Source: an uncultured Acidobacteriota bacterium (GTDB lineage Bacteria > Acidobacteriota > Blastocatellia > RBC074). From it: a stretch of 64,000 nucleotides of DNA. Both the position numbers and the translations under genes were made by a program. The notes beneath the pieces were generated by a model. The model was not told where the DNA came from. It saw nothing but the letters and a program-made list of their open reading frames with translations, and did not search any database. The stretch covers positions 1,216,001 to 1,280,000 of the forward strand of contig CAWCKY010000003.1 of NCBI GenBank assembly GCA_963796275.1, in the 5' to 3' direction. Shown here piece after piece: positions 41,178 to 49,997 of this stretch. The first letter of the stretch is position 1. The number at the start of each line of letters is the position of its first letter.

Positions 41178-42267
41178 TCAGTTCCTCCTTCTATTTTTTT
41201 TTCTTATTCGGTTTGCGATCTTCTCTTGCAGGGTGCGGGGCTCTTCTTTCCGCCGCCCGGAGTAATAATAGTAATCGTAATAACCCGACTCCCTCATATG
41301 TTCTGCGCCGTTGAGCACTATTCCGAGGATGCGCCGGCGCGACAGAGCTTCGATCGCTTTTTCGACCGTCTCGTAAGGAGCTACTCCCGCGCGGATCACC
41401 AGGATGACAGCATCGGATTGACTGGCGAGCAGCCGGGAATCGGCGAATGGGATCACCGGCGGCGAATCGAGCAGAATGAAATCGAAATATTCGCGAAGTT
41501 GCCCGAGCATCTCGCCGAGACGCTCGCTCGACAGCATCTCCGTCGGATTTTTCGCTTCTTCGGTCACCGGCAGGACGTAAAGTCCCAGCTCATTGATGCA
41601 GATCATCGAGCTGAAGAGATCGCGCTCGCCGCTCAACACATCATTCAGTCCGCCCGCCGGTTGAATCGCGAGATACGAGGAAAAACTCGGCCGGCGCAGA
41701 TCGCCTTCGATCACCAGAATCCGGCGTTCCCTCGATTGCGCGATTGAGAGCGCGAGGTTGAGCAGGGTCGACGTCTTTCCTTCGTCGGCAACAGCGCTGG
41801 TCACGGTCACGATCTGCGTCCGTCCGGTTTCAGCTGCGTGGAATAGCTCGGTGCGCAGAGTGCGGAATTGCTCGCACTCCGCCGCATGCGGGTCGGTCAA
41901 TAGGACCAGGCGGGGATGGATGCGCGCCTGGTCGAGCTCGATCGTGAAAATGTCTTGCGGAAGTCGTGCCAAAGCCGGTTTCTTCGATTGAAATGGCGGA
42001 GCGCCGACCTCAGGAGCGGCGTCAACTCGGGCCTGGCCGTTTGCACTCCGCGCTTGGTCGAAGTCCTTCAATGACGGCGAATAAATGCCGCCCGCTTCTC
42101 CGACAGTCGAATCGAATGATGGGATGATCGCTCCTTCATCAGATCGCGGCTCTTCCGGCGAGCCGATAGAAGTTGTGCCCGCTTGAACCTCGAGAGGATC
42201 TCGACTCGAGAATCTTCTTGTTTTCTTTTTGTAGATGGCGCTGGAGCGCTTCAAAGACTCTGCTCAT
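41178..42267 (-). CDS. CpsD/CapB-type tyrosine kinase; 5' end appears frameshifted
   Basis: EQFRTLRT, Walker A DEGKTS, EGDLRRP, LLDSPP, Tyr cluster GYYDYYYY. The family-typical start MSRVFEALQR (ATG 42267) is out of frame with the main ORF 41178-42254. Confidence 0.85.
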
Positions 42268-42302
42268 ACTAGTAATGACTGGGACGATTCGCCCCTTTTA
42301 AA

Positions 42303-43241
42303 CTATTGAGATTGGGAGACGATCCGATCAATGATTGCGGCCTCTGAGGCCCAATCGCTTTCATCATCCTGATTTATGATCGGTAGAGGGGGGAGAGAGG
42401 CAGCCATGACCTGATGTGGATCATCCTGGATCATCGGTTGCTTTAGATCGAGAGATGAGGCGACTTCGGTGACGATCTCACTCGTCACCGATTTGGAGTT
42501 CATCGCAAACCCGGTCAGCAGAGCGTTGTCGCAAATATTGTTGATCAGGCGCGGTATACCTTCGGAGGCGCGATAGATCAAAGCGACCGCATCCGCCGTG
42601 AAAATGTCCAGATGGCCAGCCCCAGCGGTCTTCAACCGCGCGCGGATATAACCCGAGACCTCTTCAGGCTTGAGTGGTTTGATTTCACAACAGAGACTGA
42701 TGCGCTGTTTGAGCTGCCTGAGATTGGGACTGTTGAGCGTCTCCCGCAGCTCCGGCTGGCCGACGAGGATGATCTGCAACAGTTTTTCCGTATACGTTTC
42801 GAAGTTGAGGAGGAGCCGCACCTCCTCGAGCAGCTCATGCTTCAAGCCCTGAGCTTCATCCACGATGAGCACCGTCCGCAGTCCGCGCGAGTGCCTCATC
42901 ATCAGTAGCTTCCCGAGCTTCATCAGGATTTCTGACTTCGAAACCGAATGGCCTAATCCGAAATCGGCGGTGAGATACTGATAGAACTCAGAGACGTTGA
43001 GTCCCGGATTGAAAATATAACTGGTCAGTACGCTGCGATCCAACCGGGTGAGCATCGCCCGTAGCATAGTCGTTTTGCCGGTGCCGACCTCACCGGTTGC
43101 GACGATTAACCCTTTGCCGTGCTGGATCCCATAGTGCAAATTGGCCATCACTTCGCGATGGCTTACCGTGAAATAGAGAAACCGTGGATCAGGCGTCAGG
43201 CTAAATGGGATTTCGTTGAGACCGTAGAACTCCAGATACAT
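42303..43241 (-). CDS. ExeA-like AAA ATPase (EPS/XrtA-associated)
   Basis: MYLEFYGL..PFSLTPDPRF, GEVGTGKTT, IVDEAQ, LVGQPEL, GIPRLINNICD. Confidence 0.92.
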   Translation of the reverse strand: MYLEFYGLNEIPFSLTPDPRFLYFTVSHREVMANLHYGIQHGKGLIVATGEVGTGKTTMLRAMLTRLDRSVLTSYIFNPGLNVSEFYQYLTADFGLGHSVSKSEILMKLGKLLMMRHSRGLRTVLIVDEAQGLKHELLEEVRLLLNFETYTEKLLQIILVGQPELRETLNSPNLRQLKQRISLCCEIKPLKPEEVSGYIRARLKTAGAGHLDIFTADAVALIYRASEGIPRLINNICDNALLTGFAMNSKSVTSEIVTEVASSLDLKQPMIQDDPHQVMAASLPPLPIINQDDESDWASEAAIIDRIVSQSQ

Positions 43242-43392
43242 AATCAATTCATCAAATTAGGAGCTCCGCGTTAAACGCGGACAGTTTCTTATTTTTGGTA
43301 AGTTTTATTTCTCACATACTCACATAAATGTGTCACGAAAGCCGAAATGTTTCGGAACCGGGCTGTTCATTGCGCCAAATTTATCACTATCT

Positions 43393-44985
43393 TTAAAAGC
43401 TTCCCGTCAACAAGTTCAAGACGCGTGACGCTTTGATCGCTTGATAAAGCAAAGGAACCGACACCAGCATGAAAATGATGACGCTGATGAGCTTGATTAC
43501 ATTGAGGAAAGGCACCCAACGCCTCTCGCTCTGGGTGACGATTTTGGGGACTGTCACCAATAGTGGCAGTTTGGCGTAATGGGCGACATCGCGCGCGTCG
43601 CGGATCGTAAGGATCGCGCGGGATTCCGCGGCAATTGCGGCTATCAGCCCCGTCACCAATCCGACCATCAGGGAGAGCGGGTAGAGCAGGTTGCGTTTGG
43701 GTGAGACGGGGATTTCCGGGATAGTCGCCGGGTCAGCCATACGGAAAGTCTCACCGCTGAAATCGTCGATCACCTTTGCGCTGAATCGCGCGTTGTCGCG
43801 CATAGATAGCAAATCTTCATAGCGTTTACGGAGAGTGGTGTAATCACGTTCGATCTTAGTCGATTCGGTAGCAAGGTACGGAGTTGCACGCAGACGCCCT
43901 TGCAATTCGTTATATTGGCTATTGATCTGTTCCATCGCCGCTTCTTTGCGCTCCAAATCGCGTTTATCCGCAGCTAGTCGGATCTCGAGATTCGGGATCT
44001 GCGCGTTATTGCTGCGCGATATCCGTTTGGCCTTTCGGTCCTGATCGGACCTGTTCCTCAGATCTTCCAATTCTCTATTGATAGCCTCGATCTGCACTTT
44101 GATCTTTATGACCTCGGGGTTCTTCTCGGTGTAGACAGTCATCAATTGTCTGTGCTGCGCTTCATATTCGGCGCGCCGCGAACGGAGTTGTCCCTCGATC
44201 TGCCCGACGGCCACCGGAGTCTCCGGCTCAATGTTGTCCTGCGTTTTGAGAGCCGCCAGCAGTTGTTCATTGGTGGCAATCTGGCTGCGCAGCGCATCGA
44301 TCGAAGATTGCTGCGACTGGCGAATCATGCTCAGGCTGTTCATCTGGCCGAGCATATTCTGCTCCTGACCCGGCACGGCATCAGGATTTCTGACCAGGTA
44401 CCCGGCCCGCGCCGACTCTATCCTCTCCAGATCGCTCTTCACCTCGCTTATCCGGTTTTCCAGTTGATCGAGCGTGGTATAGACCTGCCGGCGCGTCTCG
44501 TCGGAATTCGCATCGATGAACCGCAAAGCCAGCTCAGCCGTCACATCTCGCACATTGCGCGGATCGGATCCTCGGTAAGCGATCTGGAAAGCATATACGC
44601 CTGAACTGGCGCTGAACGGAGTGATCGCTATATGCTTCGACATTTCATCGATCACCAGTTCAATCGGTTCTCCGCGATCCGCCATCTCTTTATATAAACC
44701 GAATCGATCGATGATTCTCTGCAGTTCCATACGGCTCAATACCTGTTTCTGAATGGCCTGGAGCCGCGAGTTGATATCTATATGATTTACCGGCTGAACA
44801 TAATTTGAGGAAACTTTCGGTGGATCGACAATTACCGAGGTACTAGACTCATAGACGTTGGGAATATTGCGAATAGCGTAGCAAAGCGCCAAGCTTACGA
44901 TAAGAAAAGGTACTGCTACTAGGTAACGCCGCTGCCATAGAAGCCGAAGATATTCAGCAGGCGTCCTTACCCTGAAAGTGGCCAT
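43393..44985 (-). CDS. Polysaccharide chain-length determinant (Wzz/GumC; membrane part of a split Wzc)
   Basis: Two terminal TM regions, PNVYESS, long coiled coil, FRMADPATIPEIPVSP. Confidence 0.88.
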   Translation of the reverse strand: MATFRVRTPAEYLRLLWQRRYLVAVPFLIVSLALCYAIRNIPNVYESSTSVIVDPPKVSSNYVQPVNHIDINSRLQAIQKQVLSRMELQRIIDRFGLYKEMADRGEPIELVIDEMSKHIAITPFSASSGVYAFQIAYRGSDPRNVRDVTAELALRFIDANSDETRRQVYTTLDQLENRISEVKSDLERIESARAGYLVRNPDAVPGQEQNMLGQMNSLSMIRQSQQSSIDALRSQIATNEQLLAALKTQDNIEPETPVAVGQIEGQLRSRRAEYEAQHRQLMTVYTEKNPEVIKIKVQIEAINRELEDLRNRSDQDRKAKRISRSNNAQIPNLEIRLAADKRDLERKEAAMEQINSQYNELQGRLRATPYLATESTKIERDYTTLRKRYEDLLSMRDNARFSAKVIDDFSGETFRMADPATIPEIPVSPKRNLLYPLSLMVGLVTGLIAAIAAESRAILTIRDARDVAHYAKLPLLVTVPKIVTQSERRWVPFLNVIKLISVIIFMLVSVPLLYQAIKASRVLNLLTGSF

Positions 44986-45356
44986 CGTCTATCCTCCCAG
45001 GCCGAATCAACAATATTCTCAAGAAATGCTCACCAAACCGCACCGAACCCTCTCAGCGTTGAGTGCGTGAACTAAGCCCCTTGATAATCTGCGTCCGTGA
45101 GGAGACCGGAAAGGCAGATGATCAATAAATCCCCTGAGAATACCAACCGAACCTAAATGGCAATCCTCTAAAATTAAAAGGCTACATGTTTCGAAGGCTT
45201 CTGAGCCCTGGAGGATTTCATAACCAGGAGGATATCGACCACCTTCAAAGAAATTAAATTATAGACCAGAACCTGTTCTTTCGTCGAGCAAATTATTAAC
45301 AATAAAAGATGATGCAAATTTGTGCTAATTGACGATAGGATAGGGGACAGGCCAGG

Positions 45357-45911
45357 ATGGATTTAATGAAGCGAAGAAGCAAAAAAGAGATGGTATTAGA
45401 GATTTACGATCGTGAGGCGATGGGGGAGGTCACTGCGCGGGAGATTGCGATCATCAACCGTGGACTGGTGGAAGAGTTTGGGGAAGGAGGGGCGATGGCA
45501 CCGGCTGAGATTGCGCGGCTGCTAGTCGATGAAGACCTGCCCGTCCGTTTCGAACAGGTGTTCAGAATGGCGAGTCCGACCGAGAAATATGAGACTCTCT
45601 TTGAAGGTTTGGCCATAAATAAATCGCTCGCGGATGCCGAAGAGTCGTTACGCCGGATCGATGAACTGTATCGCAAGTTTCAACGGGTGGGAGATCGCAC
45701 CGGAATGCGCTTTGCGCGCCATACCGCGGAACGAGCGAAGCGGAATGCAGTCTCGCGGTCATCCGGAATCTCCGGTTTGAGAGGGGCCGAACAGACTGAA
45801 ATCGCCCAATGGTTCACCATCTGGTTGCAGACGCCGGATCTGTTCGCACAGTGGCTGGAGTTGAGGAAGGCTTCGCCTGGTTTTAAGGTATTAGTCGCCG
45901 ATAAGCAGTAA
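45357..45911 (+). CDS. Hypothetical protein
   Basis: 184-aa helical ORF with WLQTPDLFAQWLELRK near the C-terminus; function not recognised. Confidence 0.7.
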   Translation: MDLMKRRSKKEMVLEIYDREAMGEVTAREIAIINRGLVEEFGEGGAMAPAEIARLLVDEDLPVRFEQVFRMASPTEKYETLFEGLAINKSLADAEESLRRIDELYRKFQRVGDRTGMRFARHTAERAKRNAVSRSSGISGLRGAEQTEIAQWFTIWLQTPDLFAQWLELRKASPGFKVLVADKQ

Positions 45912-45913
45912 GC

Positions 45914-46008
45914 ATTTTAAATTTGTCATTTTACATTTTACATTTGCCAATGAAGAAGCTGCAGATATTCGATGACAAATTTAAAATGTAAAATGACAAA
46001 TTTAAAAT
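45914..46008. repeat. Heptamer-armed hairpin, CATTTKW/AAATGWM family
   Basis: 36-bp arms 45914-45949 / 45973-46008 with 2 mismatches; starts 2 nt after a stop codon. Confidence 0.92.
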
Positions 46009-46046
46009 TGTAGGATCGTCGCCGCGGTTCAGGCGAACAGCCCAGC

Positions 46047-46571
46047 CTACAGTCTACTGGTTAATTTTTTTCGCTCGATCATCGCGCCATCGATCTGATT
46101 CTCGTCCAGAACAAAGATTTCCTCATATCCTTCACGATTCAGTCGGGTCAGAGCGATTGAGAGTTCCAGCGCATGAAGTCTAATGGCGTTTTCAGCGACA
46201 AACCGGTGAGGGCGTGTACGGTTGTTGGTGAGACAGGTTTCCAACGAGACATTGAAGACGATGGCGACGACCGGCATCAGATGGAGACGGGCGATTCGCA
46301 GCAAAGGGCGGCGAGCCCGATACTGCAGATTGGTTGCGTCGACTACGGTAAGCCGTTTCAAGGAAAGTCTCAGCCTTGTAATGTGGTGCAATAAGCCGAA
46401 GGCTTCGGAATTGACGTCCTGAGCGGCCTCATCATCGCAGATCAGGGCGCGGCAATTGTCGGACGAAACGATCTCGGTCGGATGAAAAAAACGCCGGGCG
46501 AACGTGGATTTCCCTGCTCCTGATGCCCCGATGAGGAGGATGAGAGATGGTTCGGGGAAGATGAGATTCAT
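46047..46571 (-). CDS. Stand-alone polynucleotide-kinase-like P-loop protein (AAA_33)
   Basis: LIGASGAGKSTFA, VSSD.CR, TVVDATN, N..R..RFV; resembles the kinase domain of bacterial Pnkp. Confidence 0.85.
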   Translation of the reverse strand: MNLIFPEPSLILLIGASGAGKSTFARRFFHPTEIVSSDNCRALICDDEAAQDVNSEAFGLLHHITRLRLSLKRLTVVDATNLQYRARRPLLRIARLHLMPVVAIVFNVSLETCLTNNRTRPHRFVAENAIRLHALELSIALTRLNREGYEEIFVLDENQIDGAMIERKKLTSRL

Positions 46572-46823
46572 AATTTCATTTGTCATTTTACATTTTACAT
46601 TTGTCATTGGAAGAACTCGGACAATCGAGTTTTACATCGATGAAAAATGACAGATGAAAAATGGCAAATGACAAATGCTTTGGTTCGGGAGGATGAGATT
46701 CATAGTTTCATTTGTCATTTTAGATTTACATTTGTCATTGGAAGAACTCGGACAATCGAGTTTTACTTCAATGAAAATGACAAATAAAAAATGTAAAATG
46801 AAAAATTTAAAATGACAAATGCT
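46548..46823. repeat. 133-bp tandem duplication, each copy holding one CATTTKW-family hairpin and the first 8 codons of the kinase gene
   Basis: TGGTTCGGG...ATGAGATTCATA begins at 46548 and at 46681; both copies share the loop GGAAGAACTCGGACAATCGAGTTTTAC. Confidence 0.92.
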
Positions 46824-48674
46824 CTATCTCTTGTGAGCCTGTATCTGCTGTTCTTGCAGAGTTTGCTGGGGCTGTATCGGGAGGTGCTTCGTAGCTGTTT
46901 GAACAGGGACGCCATTCACCTCTGCGATCGTCATCTGCTTCTCCGTATCGCTGGCCGGCTCGGTCGAGGGATTGAATCCGGGATAGCTGATGCGCTGATG
47001 GTAAATATTGATCAGAGTGTTGACCAGGCTCTCCCGAATCGTCGTCAATTCCTTCATCGTAATGCTGCTCTCATCGAGTTGGCCGTCAGCCGCCACGCTA
47101 TCGACGATTTTTTTGATAATGGCCCGAATATTTTCGTGCGTGGGTTCGTCGAGCGAGCGGACGGAGGCTTCGGCTCCATCTGCCAGCATCAGGATCACGG
47201 CTTCCTTCGTTTGTGGTTTCGGCCCCGGATAACGAAAATCATCAATATTTACAGTACTCCCGCCTGCTTCCGCCTGCGATTTGGCTTTGTGGTAAAAGTA
47301 AGCCAGGACGCGTGTTCCGTGATGCTGCGGGATGAAATCAATAATCTGTGGAGGCAGATCGGCATCTTCGGCCAGCTTTATCCCCCGGCGCACGTGGCCG
47401 GTGATGATGCGTACGCTGTCGAGCGGAGAGACCTTGTCGTGCGGATTCGGGCCGCCTTTCTGATTCTCGATATACATATTCGGCGCAGCCATCTTGCCGA
47501 TGTCATGATACAGACAGCCGGTGCGCGCCAGCAGGGCGTTGGCACCTATCGCCTTGGCGGCTTCCTCCGCCAGCATCCCGACCATCAGGGAATGGTGGTT
47601 TGTGCCCGGCGTCTCGATCGCGAGCTGGCGGAGCAACGGGTTATCGGCATTCGAGAGCTCCAGCAGTCTCAGATCGGTCAGAATATCGAAGAGCCATTCA
47701 AAGATCGGAATAGTAATGCTCGCCGTCGCCGCCGTCAGCATCGCACCGAACAGGCACATCACCACGCCTCCAGCGATCCGCTTGCCGTCCCACTCGTGAT
47801 TGGCGATCAGCAGAGCCGCCAGACCCATCCCGATGTTGACCGCGCAGACTGAAGCGCTGGCCAGGATAACCGCGTTACGCGTCCGGTAGCGCTGCACGCT
47901 GTAGATGGCCGTAACCGATCCAGCCAGAGCGAACGCAGAAATCGCGAGTCCGTGCGGAGACATAATCCCGACCAGGATAGCGCTCATCAATCCGGCGACC
48001 AGAGCCACCTGGCTCCCGATCAACAGCGAAAGGACGAGGGCACAGACTGCGAATGGGATCGCGAACTGTAACTCGAAGATATTGGCGAAACCGATTGTCT
48101 CCGGCCTGGTGCTGAGCACTGCCGCGCCGAACATTCCCACGCGAACCAGTAGCGTCTGGAACATCAGCGACAAAGTCGCCACCCAGAAGGCGGTGCGCGG
48201 GCTGAGACGCGAGGACTGGCTCGTGAGCGCTGCTTTGTATAGCGCAAAGTTCATCAAGATGATCAGGACGAGCAGTCCTAACAGGTGCTTGGGATCCCGC
48301 TGATCGAGTTGATAGCGGCGCACCGCCTCGATCAGCGGCAGCTTCTCTGCCGTTACCACCTCGCCCGCTCTTAACACGACGGGATTTCGCTTGAACATGG
48401 ATGCCGATTCGGCCGGATGCGCCTCGTCCCTTGCCATCAAATCAGCCGGAACTAGCAGATCTGATTGGGCGATCTCCCCGACGTTATATTGCGGCAGTAC
48501 TGTCAGCGGAAAATGCGAGACCAGTAATGTCGTTACGAGACAGAAGGCGAGTGTCACGAGGACAAAACGGAATTTCTGTGGGATCCGATGAAATTGGGTG
48601 ATAATTTGCTCTCCCGCAGATTGCGGCAATCGCCTTAGCCGCGTCACCCACCAACGTTTTTTCAGTCTACTCAT
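46824..48674 (-). CDS. 7TM-HD phosphohydrolase (PgpH-like)
   Basis: Multiple TM helices; LLELSN, PGTNHHS, YHDIGK, QHHGT, FRYPGPKPQ, MLAD. Confidence 0.9.
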   Translation of the reverse strand: MSRLKKRWWVTRLRRLPQSAGEQIITQFHRIPQKFRFVLVTLAFCLVTTLLVSHFPLTVLPQYNVGEIAQSDLLVPADLMARDEAHPAESASMFKRNPVVLRAGEVVTAEKLPLIEAVRRYQLDQRDPKHLLGLLVLIILMNFALYKAALTSQSSRLSPRTAFWVATLSLMFQTLLVRVGMFGAAVLSTRPETIGFANIFELQFAIPFAVCALVLSLLIGSQVALVAGLMSAILVGIMSPHGLAISAFALAGSVTAIYSVQRYRTRNAVILASASVCAVNIGMGLAALLIANHEWDGKRIAGGVVMCLFGAMLTAATASITIPIFEWLFDILTDLRLLELSNADNPLLRQLAIETPGTNHHSLMVGMLAEEAAKAIGANALLARTGCLYHDIGKMAAPNMYIENQKGGPNPHDKVSPLDSVRIITGHVRRGIKLAEDADLPPQIIDFIPQHHGTRVLAYFYHKAKSQAEAGGSTVNIDDFRYPGPKPQTKEAVILMLADGAEASVRSLDEPTHENIRAIIKKIVDSVAADGQLDESSITMKELTTIRESLVNTLINIYHQRISYPGFNPSTEPASDTEKQMTIAEVNGVPVQTATKHLPIQPQQTLQEQQIQAHKR

Positions 48675-48738
48675 GTTGATAAAAGTGCTTCCTGCTTACA
48701 GGGGGTAGCAGGGTGGCACGGTGCGGTAACCTATTATA

Positions 48739-48830
48739 CATTTTCCATTTGACATTTTCCATTTGCTGCAAATCATTTTTAATGATCCGGTCGAGACACT
48801 CGGAAAATGGCAAATGGCGAAGAGAAAATG
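48739..48830. repeat. Heptamer-armed hairpin (CATTTTC/AAATGGC), degenerate, between divergent genes
   Basis: CATTTTC CATTTGA CATTTTC CATTTGC ... GGAAAATGGCAAATGGCGAAGAGAAAATG. Confidence 0.7.
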
Positions 48831-48843
48831 CTAGTATCAGCGC

Positions 48844-49794
48844 ATGGCTACCGCGATCCTTTACTCAAAAGATTTTCTCAAACACGATACCGGCGAGCAT
48901 CCGGAACGGGCCGAGAGATACCGCGCGACGTTCAACGGTCTGGCCTCGGATCGAGATCTTTGGGAGCGAATCGTCAAAATCGATCCGCGCCCTGCCACCG
49001 ACCGAGACCTGCTTCGCTGCCACACTGATCGCGCAATCGCTTCCATAAGCCGGGCATGCGTGCAGGCTGCCCTCTCGGAACGGGTCGCTCTCGACGCGGA
49101 CACGGTAGTCTCCGAACATTCGGAGAGTACAGCCCGGCTGGCCGCCGGCGGCGCATGTCGCGCCGTCGATGCTCTGATGGACGGCCAGGCTGATAGCGCT
49201 TTCGTCGCGTGCCGCCCACCTGGACATCACGCGCGGGCGGGAGATGCCATGGGGTTCTGTCTTTATAACAACGTGGCAGTCGCGGCGCGTTATGCGCAGT
49301 CGACTTATCCGAACCTGGTTCAACGCGTATTGATCGTCGATTTTGACGTCCACCACGGGAATGGGACGCAGGATATCTTTTACGACGATCCCTCCGTTTT
49401 TTATTACAGCCTCCATCAATATCCGTGGTACCCGGGCACCGGCGCCGCCGACGAAATCGGGGAAGGAGAGGGCGAAGGCTATACGCTCAACATCCCCGTG
49501 CGCGCGATGACGCCCGCGGAGGATTATCTCCGGCTTTTCGAAACGGGCCTGGAATCGGTCATGAAGAGTTTTTCCCCCGATCTCGTCATGATCTCCGCGG
49601 GATTCGATGCGCATGAAGCAGACCCGCTGGGCCAGCTCAGGCTGACGGATGAAAGTTACAGGCGGATGACCGCGAGACTGAAGGAGGCTGCGCGCACGAC
49701 CGGAAACGGACGCGTGGTCTCATGCCTCGAGGGCGGATACAACCTGCGTACTCTCGGTGATACCGTCCGCGCCCACGTGGCGCATCTGGAGTGA
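48844..49794 (+). CDS. Histone deacetylase family (Zn-dependent amidohydrolase)
   Basis: HPE, RPPGHHA, GFC, DFDVHHGNGTQ, SAGFDAH, LEGGY. Confidence 0.95.
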   Translation: MATAILYSKDFLKHDTGEHPERAERYRATFNGLASDRDLWERIVKIDPRPATDRDLLRCHTDRAIASISRACVQAALSERVALDADTVVSEHSESTARLAAGGACRAVDALMDGQADSAFVACRPPGHHARAGDAMGFCLYNNVAVAARYAQSTYPNLVQRVLIVDFDVHHGNGTQDIFYDDPSVFYYSLHQYPWYPGTGAADEIGEGEGEGYTLNIPVRAMTPAEDYLRLFETGLESVMKSFSPDLVMISAGFDAHEADPLGQLRLTDESYRRMTARLKEAARTTGNGRVVSCLEGGYNLRTLGDTVRAHVAHLE

Positions 49795-49997
49795 GATTAA
49801 AACAGGAAGACGGGAAAGCAGAAATGCAGGGAGATTTCCCGATTTTCGATCACTGATCCTTTTTGCTTCCATTCGTTTTCTCCTTTATTCAGACGCTACA
49901 TCAAGTTAGAATCTCTTTGTAACGACTTACCGCATAAATCCGAACTTAGCACATGGCTGAGAACAGAAATTGCTCTCGAGTCGTGAGGGGGGAATCT

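Noticed and set aside
45304-45330. Sigma54-like site upstream of the EPS cluster (TAGCACAAATTTGCA, minus strand)
   Set aside because: It lacks the invariant GG and the spacing is one base short.
46572-46607. ORF-track N-terminal extension MTNVKCKMTNEI, and similar extensions at 5791, 21113 and 38560
   Set aside because: These are translations of repeat arms or intergenic DNA; downstream ATGs fit family starts or RBSs better.
46548-46823. Possible mini-CRISPR (repeat-spacer-repeat)
   Set aside because: The putative spacers are near-identical, the repeats are internal heptamer arrays, and there are no cas genes; it is a tandem duplication.
46812-47852. Long antisense ORF (346 aa); likewise 27810-28757, 58625-59521, 48865-49614, 34123-34878
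   Set aside because: Shadow frames of well-supported genes in GC-rich DNA, with no recognisable motifs.
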